Assembly: GCA_963933835.1 (NCBI GenBank)
Contig: CAWVVV010000004.1
Span: 64,001 to 128,000, forward strand
Source: an uncultured Puniceicoccaceae bacterium
GTDB taxonomy: Bacteria; Verrucomicrobiota; Verrucomicrobiia; Opitutales; Oceanipulchritudinaceae
Direction of reading: 5' to 3'
DNA length: 64,000 nt
Part shown: piece after piece, positions 18,228 through 27,780 of the stretch
Numbering within the stretch: the first letter of the stretch is position 1
How the letters are laid out: each line of letters starts with the position of its first letter
The notes under the pieces: model-generated
The model's database searches: none
What the model saw: only the letters and a program-made list of their open reading frames with translations
What the model was told of the DNA's origin: nothing
Made by a program: the position numbers and the translations under genes

Positions 18228-21200
18228 ATGCACCTTAAAGAGCTCCGCATCAATGGCTTTAAGAGCTTCGCCGATAATACCAAGCTGACCTTAGAGCCTG
18301 GTGTGACGGCGATCGTGGGCCCCAATGGCTGCGGAAAGAGTAATATTGCGGATGCGATTCGCTGGGTTTTGGGCGAACAAAGTGCGAAAAGCCTGCGAGC
18401 GGGCGGCATGCAGGACGTGATTTTTCAAGGATCGGAGGCACGCAAGCCGGTCAATCTCTGTGAGGTCTCGCTCATCTTCACTGAATGTGAAGAACAGCTG
18501 GGAACCGATTTTGCCGAAGTCGAAGTGACGCGACGCGTGCTCCGCGATGGGGGTGGGCAGTATTTCATCAACGGTAAGCAATGCCGCCTGAAGGACATTC
18601 AACGCCTCTTTCTCGACACTGGTATTGGGCAGGTCAGCTACTCCTTCATGCTCCAAGGGCAGATCGATCAGATTCTTTCTTCGAATCCGGCCGAGCGTCG
18701 GACCATTTTTGAAGAAGCCGCTGGGATCTCTCGCTATAAGGCGCAGCGTCGCGAGGCGTTGAATAAGCTCTCCTCAGTGGACGCAAACCTTGCCCGCGTG
18801 ACCGATGTGATCGAGGAGGTCTCTCGCCAAATTGGATCGCTTAAGCGTCAGGCTTCAAAGGCTCTGCGTTACAAGCGGATCAAGCATCGCCTGACGCATC
18901 TCGATCTTGCGAACAGCTCCTTCCAATACGCGGACTTGCGCCGTGACCTCGTTGAGCGTGAGGCAAAAAGCCAGTTCCTCCGCACTGAAGCGGACAAGTT
19001 GAAGGGGAAGCTTGAGGGCGAAGAGAGTGGGCTCGGCGCTAAGCGCGAGAAGCGCACGGCCTTTGCGACCGCGCTCGAAGAAGCACAACAAGCCGTTTTC
19101 AACCTACGCAACGAGCAAGACAGCGCTAAAACGAAGGGCGAGTTTGCTGAGATTCGCCGCATCGATAACGAGAAACGAATTGGTGAACTGGCTGATGAGA
19201 GTGAAGCCCTTTCCGCGCGTCAGAAGGAATTACAGGACCGCGCCTTTGGAGAAGCAGAATTTCAGAAAGAGCAAATGTCGCTCTTTGGCAGCTCTGATGA
19301 ACTCTTTAAAAGTAAGAGTGCTGAACTGGCTGAGCTACAGTCTAAGTTAACTGAAGCTGAAACTGAGCTCTCTCGCGACCGCCAAGGAGCCTTGGTGAAG
19401 GAGAGTAGCATCACACGCCTGCGCTCAAACTGCACGACACTTGAAGTCGACCTGAAGAGCTATCAGGTGCGGCATGCTAATCTGGCCGATGAGATCAAGG
19501 GCGCTGAGAACGAAGGTGCCGTCGTCCGCGACGAAATTTCAAAGCTCGAGAAGGCCCACATTTCCCGAAAAGAGCGGAAAGTCGAAGAGACAACGCGCGA
19601 AACAGAACGCCGTGAGCAAGTGACATCGCTCGTCACCGCCTTTCGCTCAAAGCAAGAAGAGATCGGCGAAGCCGACCGCCGTCTTGCTGCGATCAATGCA
19701 CAGATTGGCGTCCTTGAGGGTTTACAGGCAAAGCTCGAAGGTTTCTCCGATGGGGCGAAGGCGATCCTTCAAGGCAAGGTCGACGGTATCGATCAGAGCG
19801 ACTGCGATGTCCTTCTTAAATCGGTAAAAGTAGCGCCTGAATTTTCTGCCGGACTCGAGAGCCTACTCGGCGCGCTTGCTGAAGGTGTAGTGGTTAAAAA
19901 CAGCCAACGCGTTGGACCTCTTGCAGCCGCCTTGGTGGAGAAACGCCTTGGTCGCGCTCACTTGAAGTTTGTGGCGCCAACTATCGCGAACGCATCAACG
20001 GGTTTCCCGGAGGATGCAATCCGCGTCCTTGATGTCGTTTCGGCCAGCGATGCTGCGATCCAACCCGTCGTTGTAAATCTACTACAAGGGTGTTACTTTG
20101 TTACGTCGCTGAGCGACTTCCTCTCTTGGTGGGAACAAAATCCGAGCCTCGATTTTTCCCAAGTCGTGACGAGCGATGGCGAAGTTGTTGACCGTCGTGG
20201 CTGGGTCTTGACGGCTCCAACGAAGAAGGCGAAGGACCGCAGTTTCCTCGCTCGTGCAAACGAAATTAAAGCGTTCTCGAAAGAGCGCGTTGAACTTGAT
20301 GAGCGCCTCGAAATCCATCGTCACCAGGGCGCCCAGCTGAGCGAGAAGATTGAGCGTGCTGAAGCCGAAGCTGAAGCCCAGCGGGCTCGCGTCGTCGAGA
20401 TAGGGCAAGAAGTCGCGACGCTTGAAAGCCAGCTTAGTAGCGCCCGAAGGAATCTCGAACAGGTTGAGACTACGGGTGGACGCAAGCAGCGGGAACTCGC
20501 AAATCTTGAGGAACAAAAGAGTGCTTCTGAGCGGCGCTTAGAAACGGGGCGAAGCGAGCTGGCCGAAGCTGAAGCTGACCTTGAAGAACAGCGTAAGAAG
20601 GTTGTGGTCGGCGAAGAGCGCGCTAACGAACTGCGCAATGACCGCGAGCAGCGGCGCGACAGTTTTAACGACATTCGCGTTGAGATGGCCGAGAAGAAGC
20701 AGCGCCTCGCTTCCCTCGAAAAAGGACTTTCAGATATCGAAGCGCAGACGGCTGAAGTTGTCCGTCGTCAGCAGCGCTTAAGCGATGAAACCAAGCTGTT
20801 GGCTGAACAGAATAAGCTGCTTAGTGAAGAGAAAGTCGCTCAGCGGAACCGCTTCGACAAACTGGATGAAGAGATGACCAAAGTGCGTGCGCATCTTGAG
20901 CAGCGCCGAGCGGATCTCAAAGCGGTTGAACTCGAAATCGACGCGATCGAGAAGGGGCTCAGTAGCCAGCGTGAAAGCTACGATCGGATCAGCCGTGAGC
21001 TTAATGTCGTCGATGTCGCGATTGCGAAAGAGCAGTCGAAAGTCAATTTCCTCGAAGAAGAAACCCGCCGCGAATACGACCTCAGTCTCGATTCGGTGAA
21101 CTGGCGGGACGAACTTTGGCAGGCCGGTGAAGCACTGCCGAGCCGCTTGCGGGTTGATATGGACGAGGACTCCCTCGACGACACCACGATCGAAGTAGAG

Positions 21201-21956
21201 CGTCCCGATCCGACCGAAGAAGATCTCGCTGCGTTGGGCAAGACGGACTGGTCGAAAATCGCGGCAGAGGTGAATGCCCTGCGCTCGAAGTTGCACGCGA
21301 TCGGTGCGGTTAACCTTGTCGCAATTGAGGAGTACAAAGAACTCAACGACCGCCACACCTTCCTCAAGACTCAGAGTGATGATCTCTGGGCAGCGAAGGA
21401 CGAACTGCTCAAGGCGATCGACGAAATCAATACGACGAGCCAAGTGCTCTTCGCTGAAACCTTTAAACAGATCCGCGAGAATTTCATTCACACCTTTGAT
21501 AAGCTCTTCGGTGGCGGAAAAGCCGATCTTGAGCTGATCGACGATGGCGATGTGCTGGAGTCAGGCATCGAGATTATTGCGCGTCCTCCGGGCACGCGGT
21601 TAAAGACGCTGCAGCTTCTCTCCGGTGGGCAAAAGACAATGACGGCTGTGGCCTTACTCTTTGCCGTCTACATGGTGAAGCCGAGCCCGTTCTGTGTCCT
21701 CGACGAGCTCGATGCACCGCTCGACGACGCAAACATCGGACGCTTCTGCGGCATGTTGGAGGAGTTCCTCTCTTACTCGCAGTTCCTTATCATCACCCAT
21801 AACAAGCGCACGATCGGTGTCGCCGACACGATTTATGGTGTGACGATGCAAGAGCGTGGCGTTTCACGTCTCGCCTCCATGCGCTTCAATCGGGATACGG
21901 GAGACGCCGAAGTTGCGAAAGAAGAAGAGGCGTCCGCCGACGCGGTGTCGTCTTAG
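18228..21956 (+). CDS. smc: Chromosome segregation protein SMC
   Basis: GFKSFAD, GPNGCGKSN, coiled coils with hinge, LSGGQK, LDELDAPLDDAN, IITH. Confidence 0.97.
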   Translation: MHLKELRINGFKSFADNTKLTLEPGVTAIVGPNGCGKSNIADAIRWVLGEQSAKSLRAGGMQDVIFQGSEARKPVNLCEVSLIFTECEEQLGTDFAEVEVTRRVLRDGGGQYFINGKQCRLKDIQRLFLDTGIGQVSYSFMLQGQIDQILSSNPAERRTIFEEAAGISRYKAQRREALNKLSSVDANLARVTDVIEEVSRQIGSLKRQASKALRYKRIKHRLTHLDLANSSFQYADLRRDLVEREAKSQFLRTEADKLKGKLEGEESGLGAKREKRTAFATALEEAQQAVFNLRNEQDSAKTKGEFAEIRRIDNEKRIGELADESEALSARQKELQDRAFGEAEFQKEQMSLFGSSDELFKSKSAELAELQSKLTEAETELSRDRQGALVKESSITRLRSNCTTLEVDLKSYQVRHANLADEIKGAENEGAVVRDEISKLEKAHISRKERKVEETTRETERREQVTSLVTAFRSKQEEIGEADRRLAAINAQIGVLEGLQAKLEGFSDGAKAILQGKVDGIDQSDCDVLLKSVKVAPEFSAGLESLLGALAEGVVVKNSQRVGPLAAALVEKRLGRAHLKFVAPTIANASTGFPEDAIRVLDVVSASDAAIQPVVVNLLQGCYFVTSLSDFLSWWEQNPSLDFSQVVTSDGEVVDRRGWVLTAPTKKAKDRSFLARANEIKAFSKERVELDERLEIHRHQGAQLSEKIERAEAEAEAQRARVVEIGQEVATLESQLSSARRNLEQVETTGGRKQRELANLEEQKSASERRLETGRSELAEAEADLEEQRKKVVVGEERANELRNDREQRRDSFNDIRVEMAEKKQRLASLEKGLSDIEAQTAEVVRRQQRLSDETKLLAEQNKLLSEEKVAQRNRFDKLDEEMTKVRAHLEQRRADLKAVELEIDAIEKGLSSQRESYDRISRELNVVDVAIAKEQSKVNFLEEETRREYDLSLDSVNWRDELWQAGEALPSRLRVDMDEDSLDDTTIEVERPDPTEEDLAALGKTDWSKIAAEVNALRSKLHAIGAVNLVAIEEYKELNDRHTFLKTQSDDLWAAKDELLKAIDEINTTSQVLFAETFKQIRENFIHTFDKLFGGGKADLELIDDGDVLESGIEIIARPPGTRLKTLQLLSGGQKTMTAVALLFAVYMVKPSPFCVLDELDAPLDDANIGRFCGMLEEFLSYSQFLIITHNKRTIGVADTIYGVTMQERGVSRLASMRFNRDTGDAEVAKEEEASADAVSS

Positions 21957-22517
21957 GCGCGGCGTTTGCTAACCTCGAGACCAGCGCGAGAGATAATCCG
22001 ATTGTCGCGCAATACGATGATTCCGCGTTCGCCGAATCCATTGTCCCCAAGTGAACTTCGGGCTGCAGAAGTTGTAGATCTTGTCATTTGGCTCAATGAC
22101 ATTTGCTAGGCGGCAATTGGATTCAATATCGGTCGTGCTCGCCTCGTCTACGATCCATGCGATGTCCCGCGATTCGCTAAAACTGCGAGAAGTCCGAAAG
22201 TAGTCTTCCGTTAGGTCTTTATCGATGAATTGCCTGACATAGATGTCGATGCCGGCGGAGACGAATTCCACACTAGTACTTACAACCTCATTGATCACGT
22301 CTGCATCGACGTCTGCATCGACGTCTTCGAAATAAGCACTTTTTTGATGCTCAAAAAGTGTCCAATGAGGGATGCAGCTTTGGATGAAGTTTTCCATCGG
22401 CAGAGCATGTTCGAGTCTCAACTCGGCTTCGACTGACCAGAACGCATCGAACCTGTCCCGTAGGACGCCATCAAAGATTTCGCTCAATTGAATGTCAAAA
22501 CGGGCAAGTTGCCTCAT
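21953..22517 (-). pseudogene. Hypothetical protein with an apparent 1-nt insertion near the C-terminus
   Basis: Removing one base from the C4 run at 22045-22048 gives FCSPKFTWDNGFGERGIIVLRDNRII...RRA, ending at TAA 21953-21955, which overlaps the smc stop codon. Start uncertain (22517 or 22628). Confidence 0.55.
22297..22326. repeat. 12-bp tandem duplication (2.5 copies)
   Basis: acgtctgcatcg twice plus acgtct; encodes DVDADVDADV in frame. Confidence 0.85.
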
Positions 22518-22807
22518 CGTGGGCCGTTTCGGGGAACTGCGATCAGCCTGAAGACTACCGCGATTTCCAGCCTTCTGGGGAACACGTGAGAATGGTGTCG
22601 TAATGGGGTTCATACGCTGAGTGGGCATCCGTCCAATTTCTCAGGTCGTCGGGATGCCTAATATTTAACTGAATTGAGAGGAGTGAACTCTCAGGTACAA
22701 CGTATAATCCTAAAGTTTCCTTAAGACTGCATAGTAGCCAGCAAACTGCCAGAGTAACTTCAACTATTCAGCTTTCGTCGTGCCAAAAAGTTACCTTTTC
22801 GCAACTT

Positions 22808-23506
22808 TCACTGCTTCTTGCCCTGATGGACGGCTACGATACTAGCGCTTAAGCCGGTTGCTTTGACTGAGCTGAAGCCAGCCGCTCGTAGCTCTTCACT
22901 CATTGCGGCCTTGTTCGGAAAGGCCGCGATACTGCCACCCAAATAATCATAGGCTCCCTTGTCTCCAGTCAGAAGCTTAGCCATCCACGGAAGAATGCCC
23001 TTCACGTAGGCGTAGTAAAAAGGTTTGAACCAGCGATCGGGTTGAGTGAACTCGAGAACAAATAAGCTGCCTCCGGGCTTGAGTGCGCGAAGCATCTCAC
23101 GGAGTCCCTTGTCGCGATCTTCAAGGTTCCTAAGGCCGAAAGAAATCGTGATCGCGTCGATGGTGTTGTCCTCCAGCGTCAGATCGAGGCAGTCGGCCCA
23201 CTCGAAGCGGATGGTTTCCGTTCGTGGATCCTCGACCTTCTTTTTGTCTGCCTCATCGAGCATCGGTTGACAGAAGTCCATCCCGGTAACCGTGACACTT
23301 GAGCCAAGCCCACGCTGGAGGGCAAAGGCGACATCGCCGCTACCCGTGGCCAGATCAACGACTGTCTTCGGTTGCTCGGCTGCGACCATCTTTACGAGGC
23401 GCTTGCGCCAAAGAATATCCAAGCCGCCACTTAGAACGCGATTGGCCCGATCGTAGCGGGAGGCGATTCCGGCGAACATCGACTGTACTTCTTGTCCTTC
23501 TGGCAT
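22808..23506 (-). CDS. menG: UbiE/MenG demethylmenaquinone methyltransferase
   Basis: MFAGIASRYD.AN.VLS.G.D.LWR, DLATGSGD, ISFGLRN, LKPGG..VLEF, AYDYL..SI..FP. Confidence 0.93.
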   Translation of the reverse strand: MPEGQEVQSMFAGIASRYDRANRVLSGGLDILWRKRLVKMVAAEQPKTVVDLATGSGDVAFALQRGLGSSVTVTGMDFCQPMLDEADKKKVEDPRTETIRFEWADCLDLTLEDNTIDAITISFGLRNLEDRDKGLREMLRALKPGGSLFVLEFTQPDRWFKPFYYAYVKGILPWMAKLLTGDKGAYDYLGGSIAAFPNKAAMSEELRAAGFSSVKATGLSASIVAVHQGKKQ

Positions 23507-23560
23507 CATCGACCGTCGGTCTGCACTGCTGAGAGGTCAAGAGCAGGGACAATTATTGAT

Positions 23561-23580
23561 ATTAAACCAAATGGTTGAAT
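23561..23580. promoter_or_regulatory. Palindromic operator, probably bound by the downstream ArsR-family repressor
   Basis: ATTAAACCAAATGGTTGAAT (AACCA-N2-TGGTT core) just upstream of TTGACG at 23587-23592. Confidence 0.6.
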
Positions 23581-23678
23581 GTGGTCTTGACGCTGCTAAT
23601 GTAGTTACTATCAATTGATCATGTCATTGGTCCGGCACGCCCGGAGCACCTTTTCTCACACCCTCAACTCTAAAAACC

Positions 23679-24095
23679 ATGCCTGAAGATTGCGACAAGA
23701 CCCCACCAAAGATTCTCGAAAACCCATTCACTACCCCCGGCGCGATTTCATGGTCGGATTTAGCAAGTAAAGATCCTGCCGCTTCCAAAGCCTTTTATGC
23801 CGCAGCCTTTGGTTGGGAATTTGAGGAAATGGAAAAGCCAATGGGCACCTACTCATGTATCAAGGTCGATGGTGCCCGGATCGGCGGCATCATGCAAACA
23901 CCCTGTCCGAAAGGCACGACCACATGGACGAGCTACGTAACCGTAGAAGATGCCGACGCGACTTTTGCAAAGGTGAAGGAGCTAGCGGCGATACCGGTCA
24001 CCGATGTTATGATAGTGCCCACTGTAGGTAAGATGTTCCTCTTTCAAGATCCACAAGGCGCGATCATCAACGCCATTCAATACATCAACGACTAG
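23679..24095 (+). CDS. VOC/glyoxalase family protein
   Basis: GAISWSDL, FY..AFGW, W..YVTVED.DA, FQDPQGA. Confidence 0.9.
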   Translation: MPEDCDKTPPKILENPFTTPGAISWSDLASKDPAASKAFYAAAFGWEFEEMEKPMGTYSCIKVDGARIGGIMQTPCPKGTTTWTSYVTVEDADATFAKVKELAAIPVTDVMIVPTVGKMFLFQDPQGAIINAIQYIND

Positions 24096-24167
24096 TCGAT
24101 GTATTCTTCGCTTTAGGTAAGCACCTGGAGACAGCCCCCGGGTCTTGCCGAGTAAGTTAAGTTATTT

Positions 24168-24515
24168 GTGAGCCAAAATCTTGATACAACGCTTGCCGCC
24201 CTGAGTCACCACCAGCGTCGTGACATTTTGGAACGTCTTTCCAAGGGGGACTTACGCATCGCCGAGATTGCTGAACCTTATGACCATTCGTTGAATGCCG
24301 TAAGCAAACATATCAAGGTGCTCGAAGAGGCCGGTCTCGTGATTCGTCACAAAACTGGCCGCGAACATTTTATCCACCTCAACCCCGAACCCTTCCGCGA
24401 AGTGGCCCAGTTGGTCCAGTTTTATAGCCGATTTTGGATGGATCGCCTCGACAGTCTCGACGCGCTCTTGAAATCGACCTCGCCCAATGATGAACAAGAT
24501 GAATCCGGAACCTGA
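24168..24515 (+). CDS. ArsR/SmtB family transcriptional regulator (SRPBCC-associated type)
   Basis: ALSH..RRDIL, AVSKHIKVLEEAGLV, K.GRE, FW..RLD.L. Confidence 0.92.
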   Translation: MSQNLDTTLAALSHHQRRDILERLSKGDLRIAEIAEPYDHSLNAVSKHIKVLEEAGLVIRHKTGREHFIHLNPEPFREVAQLVQFYSRFWMDRLDSLDALLKSTSPNDEQDESGT

Positions 24516-24953
24516 ATCACCCACTGGTAGCCTTGCCCTTGAACGCCGCTTTGATGCGGCAATATCGCGCGTCTGGGAAACCTTGCGTGATCCGAAACTC
24601 CTTAAGCAATGGATCGCTGCCCCCTGTGACCAGTTCTCTGATGAACCTCCTGTAGTAGAATTCTGGGTCGGTGGCCGTTCGAGTTGCCGATGATTATAGA
24701 TGGCAAGCCCGCTGGCGTGGAAGGAACCTATCTTGAAATCGTAGAAGAGAAACGCGTCGTCTTTACTTGGTCATGGGTAGGGGTTGAAGACTTTATGGTC
24801 AAAGATACCCTGCTGACGATCGAGATTGAGCCCGACGGGGAGGGAACAAAGTTGAAGCTCACCCATAGCGGCTTCACTGCTCAGCCGCCGCGCGAAGCCC
24901 ATGGCGTGGGCTTGGAAATCGCCCTCGATGCGATGGAGACGCTATTGGCCTAG
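24499..24953 (+). pseudogene. SRPBCC/AHA1-domain protein split by a 1-nt deletion
   Basis: LERRFDA...VWE.L.DP..LKQW and G.YLEIV...RVVFTW...T.LKLTH lie in different frames. One extra T at 24678-24679 restores GGRFELPMIIDG. Confidence 0.8.
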
Positions 24954-25036
24954 CTCATTGCGGCGCATGTTGTTGCTGAAATTTTCGCCTTACCGATTGC
25001 CAAGGCAGTGATTGGTCTGTCTAAACTGCGACACTT

Positions 25037-26299
25037 ATGCTCGATCTACGCTATTTCAGAGAGTCTTTTGACGAGATCCAAACCGGCCTCGCCAAGAAGA
25101 AGTTTGCTGTCGATTTGGATGCCGTCCGCACCCTCGATACCGAGAGGCGGGAAGTGATCACCGTAACGGAAGAGAAGCGGGCTGCGCAGAAAGCAGCCAA
25201 CGGTGAGATGGCTCAACTCGCGAAGGGCTCACCTGAGTTCATTGCGAAGGTGAAGGAGATGAAGGCGATTTCGGCTGAAGTGAAAGCGCTTCAGGCCAAA
25301 CAATCCGATGTAGAAGAGCGCTTCAATGCTGCCTTTCTGGCGATTCCAAATGTGCCTCATGAATCGGTCCCGGTCGGTAAAGACGAGGACGAAAATATTG
25401 TCGCACGCACGCATGGGGATATCGAGTCCCTCAGCGCTGCAGCGGTTCCGCATTGGGATCTGCCGAAGTTTGCCGAGTGGGTCGACCTCGAACGTGGAAC
25501 AAAGGTGACGGGCGCGGGTTGGCCATTTTTTGTCGGCGATATGGCGCGCCTTGTTCGTTCCTTGATCCAGTTCTTCCTGACTGAGAACACGGCCGCTGGT
25601 TTTACCGAGATGCAACCTCCGCTTTGCGTGAACACAGCGAGTGCGACGGCGACTGGGGCATTGCCGGATAAAGAGGGGCAGATGTATCACGCGACGGGTG
25701 ATGACTTTTACCTCATCCCTACAGCTGAAGTGCCTGTAACCAATTTCTACCGAGATGAGATCTTCGAAGCCGGCGAGTTGCCGAAATATGCCGTAGCGCA
25801 TTCACCTTGTTTTCGTCGTGAGGCTGGGAGTCATGGCAAGGACGTGCGTGGTCTGAATCGGGTTCACCAATTTGATAAAGTAGAACTCGTGAAGTGGGTT
25901 GAACCGGCGACGAGTTTCGACGAGCTCGAGACGCTAGTGGCACACGTTGAGGGGCTGTTGCAAAAGCTTGGTCTGCCTTATCGCACCCTACTAATGTGTA
26001 GTGGAGATATTGGTTTCCCACATGCCAAGCAATACGACCTCGAAGTCTGGGCTGCAGGGCAGGGCCGCTGGCTAGAAGTTTCCAGCTGCTCAAACTTCAC
26101 TGACTTTCAAGCGCGCCGCGCCAACATCCGCTACCGTGACGAAGACGGAAAGCCACGTGTAGCTCACACGTTGAACGGCTCGGCACTCGCGATCCCTCGT
26201 GTCCTTGCTTCGATCCTTGAGAATAGTGCTCAAGCCGATGGATCTGTAGCCATACCGGAGGTGCTTCAACCTTGGTTTGGATCGGCGACTCTAAGCTAG
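25037..26299 (+). CDS. serS: Serine--tRNA ligase
   Basis: MLD start, IPN..H.SVP.G, LIPTAEVP, CFRREAG, RGLNRVHQFDKVE, EVSSCSN, TLNGSAL. Confidence 0.97.
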   Translation: MLDLRYFRESFDEIQTGLAKKKFAVDLDAVRTLDTERREVITVTEEKRAAQKAANGEMAQLAKGSPEFIAKVKEMKAISAEVKALQAKQSDVEERFNAAFLAIPNVPHESVPVGKDEDENIVARTHGDIESLSAAAVPHWDLPKFAEWVDLERGTKVTGAGWPFFVGDMARLVRSLIQFFLTENTAAGFTEMQPPLCVNTASATATGALPDKEGQMYHATGDDFYLIPTAEVPVTNFYRDEIFEAGELPKYAVAHSPCFRREAGSHGKDVRGLNRVHQFDKVELVKWVEPATSFDELETLVAHVEGLLQKLGLPYRTLLMCSGDIGFPHAKQYDLEVWAAGQGRWLEVSSCSNFTDFQARRANIRYRDEDGKPRVAHTLNGSALAIPRVLASILENSAQADGSVAIPEVLQPWFGSATLS

Positions 26300-26314
26300 T
26301 TTTGGATACGCTCT

Positions 26315-27763
26315 ATGTCTCAAGTTGTCGCATGGCGCGAGACGGCGCTTAGTCTGGCTAAATCATTTCACCGGACGTCTGAACTGATCGAACCAGAGGT
26401 GGTTCGCTATCTCGATTGTGATCTGCCGGCTCAAGGTTCGGTCATTGTCATGTGCTCGGGTGGGGCGGATTCAGTTGCAACTGTCCTTTGGGCCGCGACC
26501 GCTTCGACTCTGAGCAATCACAGAATTGGACTTTTTTACTGTGACCACGGCCAGCGATCGGAAGCAAAGTCTGAAGCAGAGTTTGTGCGAAGCCTCGCGG
26601 ATGCCCTCGGCTTTGACTTTCACTTAGGGGCGCCTTCAGACACGAAGGATTTAAACAGCGAAGACGATCTTCGGCAGCTCAGGGAGAATGCTCTGGCAAA
26701 AGTGATTGAAAGCCTCGATCTGCCTGTCGTCGCAATCCTTACGGGCCATCAAGGAGACGATGTGGCAGAAAACCTCCTCTTTCGCCTTGCTCGGGGGAGT
26801 AGCCTTCGAGGTCTCAGCGGAATGAGGCCGGTGCAGACTCGAAAGGGTTGGCCAGTGCGTTTGCGTCCGTTGCTACGTTGGCGTAGGGATGCGCTTCGCG
26901 CAGCCCTCGTTGAAGCAGGTGCTCAATGGTGTGAAGATCTCTCAAACAAAAGTGGTCGCTATACGCGCAATCGGATCAGGCTCAGCGTTCTTCCAGCGCT
27001 TGAAGAGGCATTGCCGGAACGGACGGTCGCGGAGGGGTTGATCGCTTGCCAAAAGGAGTTGCGGGAAATCGATGCATGGGTTGAAGCAGAGGCAAGTAAG
27101 TGGCTTCGAGATTTTGAGGCAGAGGGGGCGTTGCCTCGATCAATACTCTTGGATGCGCCCATTTTTGTTCAGAAACGTATTCTTCAGAAGTTCATTCGCA
27201 ATCGTTCGGCGGGGGTGGAAGCGTCGGATCGGATGATTGAAAGAGTCCTTCAGGCATCTAGCGGGGCGGTTTGGCAGCTTGATCGTGATTATTCACTCGT
27301 GCTCGCTGAGGGTCTCTATCGCGTTTTGAGCAGGCTGGGGGACGAGAATCCGGCGGAGGCGTTTTCAGACTTAGAGTTGAGCCTCGCTGAAAGGCTAGAG
27401 CTCCCGAGCGGCGGCGTCCTTGCCTGTGATGAAGTCAAACTCGACGCTGACCTGAAATCTAGAATCATCGGCGGCCAATTCTCGCCTTGCGAAGCAGTTT
27501 GGATTGATCAGGTCTCTGTGCCCTTGTCAGTTCGCTCTTGGAAGCCCGGAGATCGCTACAGGCCATTGGGAGCGCCCGGCACCCGAAAACTACAAGACTG
27601 CTTTGTTGATGCGGGAATTGAACAGAAGTTGCGTGGAAGGCTTCCAATCATTTGTGATTCAGAGGGTGAAATTCTCTGGATTCCTGGTTTGCCACCGTCC
27701 CATTCGCATCGGCTTAATTCAAATACTATACAGGCTCTTAGGTTGACTTACAAAAAGAGCTAG
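26315..27763 (+). CDS. tilS: tRNA(Ile)-lysidine synthetase
   Basis: SGGADS PP-loop, GHQGDDVAEN, RPLL, EDLSN, RNRIR, C-terminal GDRYRP.G..G.RKL; upstream of ftsH. Confidence 0.92.
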   Translation: MSQVVAWRETALSLAKSFHRTSELIEPEVVRYLDCDLPAQGSVIVMCSGGADSVATVLWAATASTLSNHRIGLFYCDHGQRSEAKSEAEFVRSLADALGFDFHLGAPSDTKDLNSEDDLRQLRENALAKVIESLDLPVVAILTGHQGDDVAENLLFRLARGSSLRGLSGMRPVQTRKGWPVRLRPLLRWRRDALRAALVEAGAQWCEDLSNKSGRYTRNRIRLSVLPALEEALPERTVAEGLIACQKELREIDAWVEAEASKWLRDFEAEGALPRSILLDAPIFVQKRILQKFIRNRSAGVEASDRMIERVLQASSGAVWQLDRDYSLVLAEGLYRVLSRLGDENPAEAFSDLELSLAERLELPSGGVLACDEVKLDADLKSRIIGGQFSPCEAVWIDQVSVPLSVRSWKPGDRYRPLGAPGTRKLQDCFVDAGIEQKLRGRLPIICDSEGEILWIPGLPPSHSHRLNSNTIQALRLTYKKS

Positions 27764-27780
27764 ACGAACTTTAAAACTTT

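Noticed and set aside
22560..22660. Integron attC site (ggcatcc/ggatgcc inverted repeat and GTT motif upstream of the orphan gene)
   Set aside because: No convincing paired R and L boxes, no cassette array and no integrase.
24670..24690. Programmed ribosomal frameshift in SRPBCC (and likewise in GspE near 47354)
   Set aside because: No slippery heptamer or stimulatory structure; a simple indel explains it.
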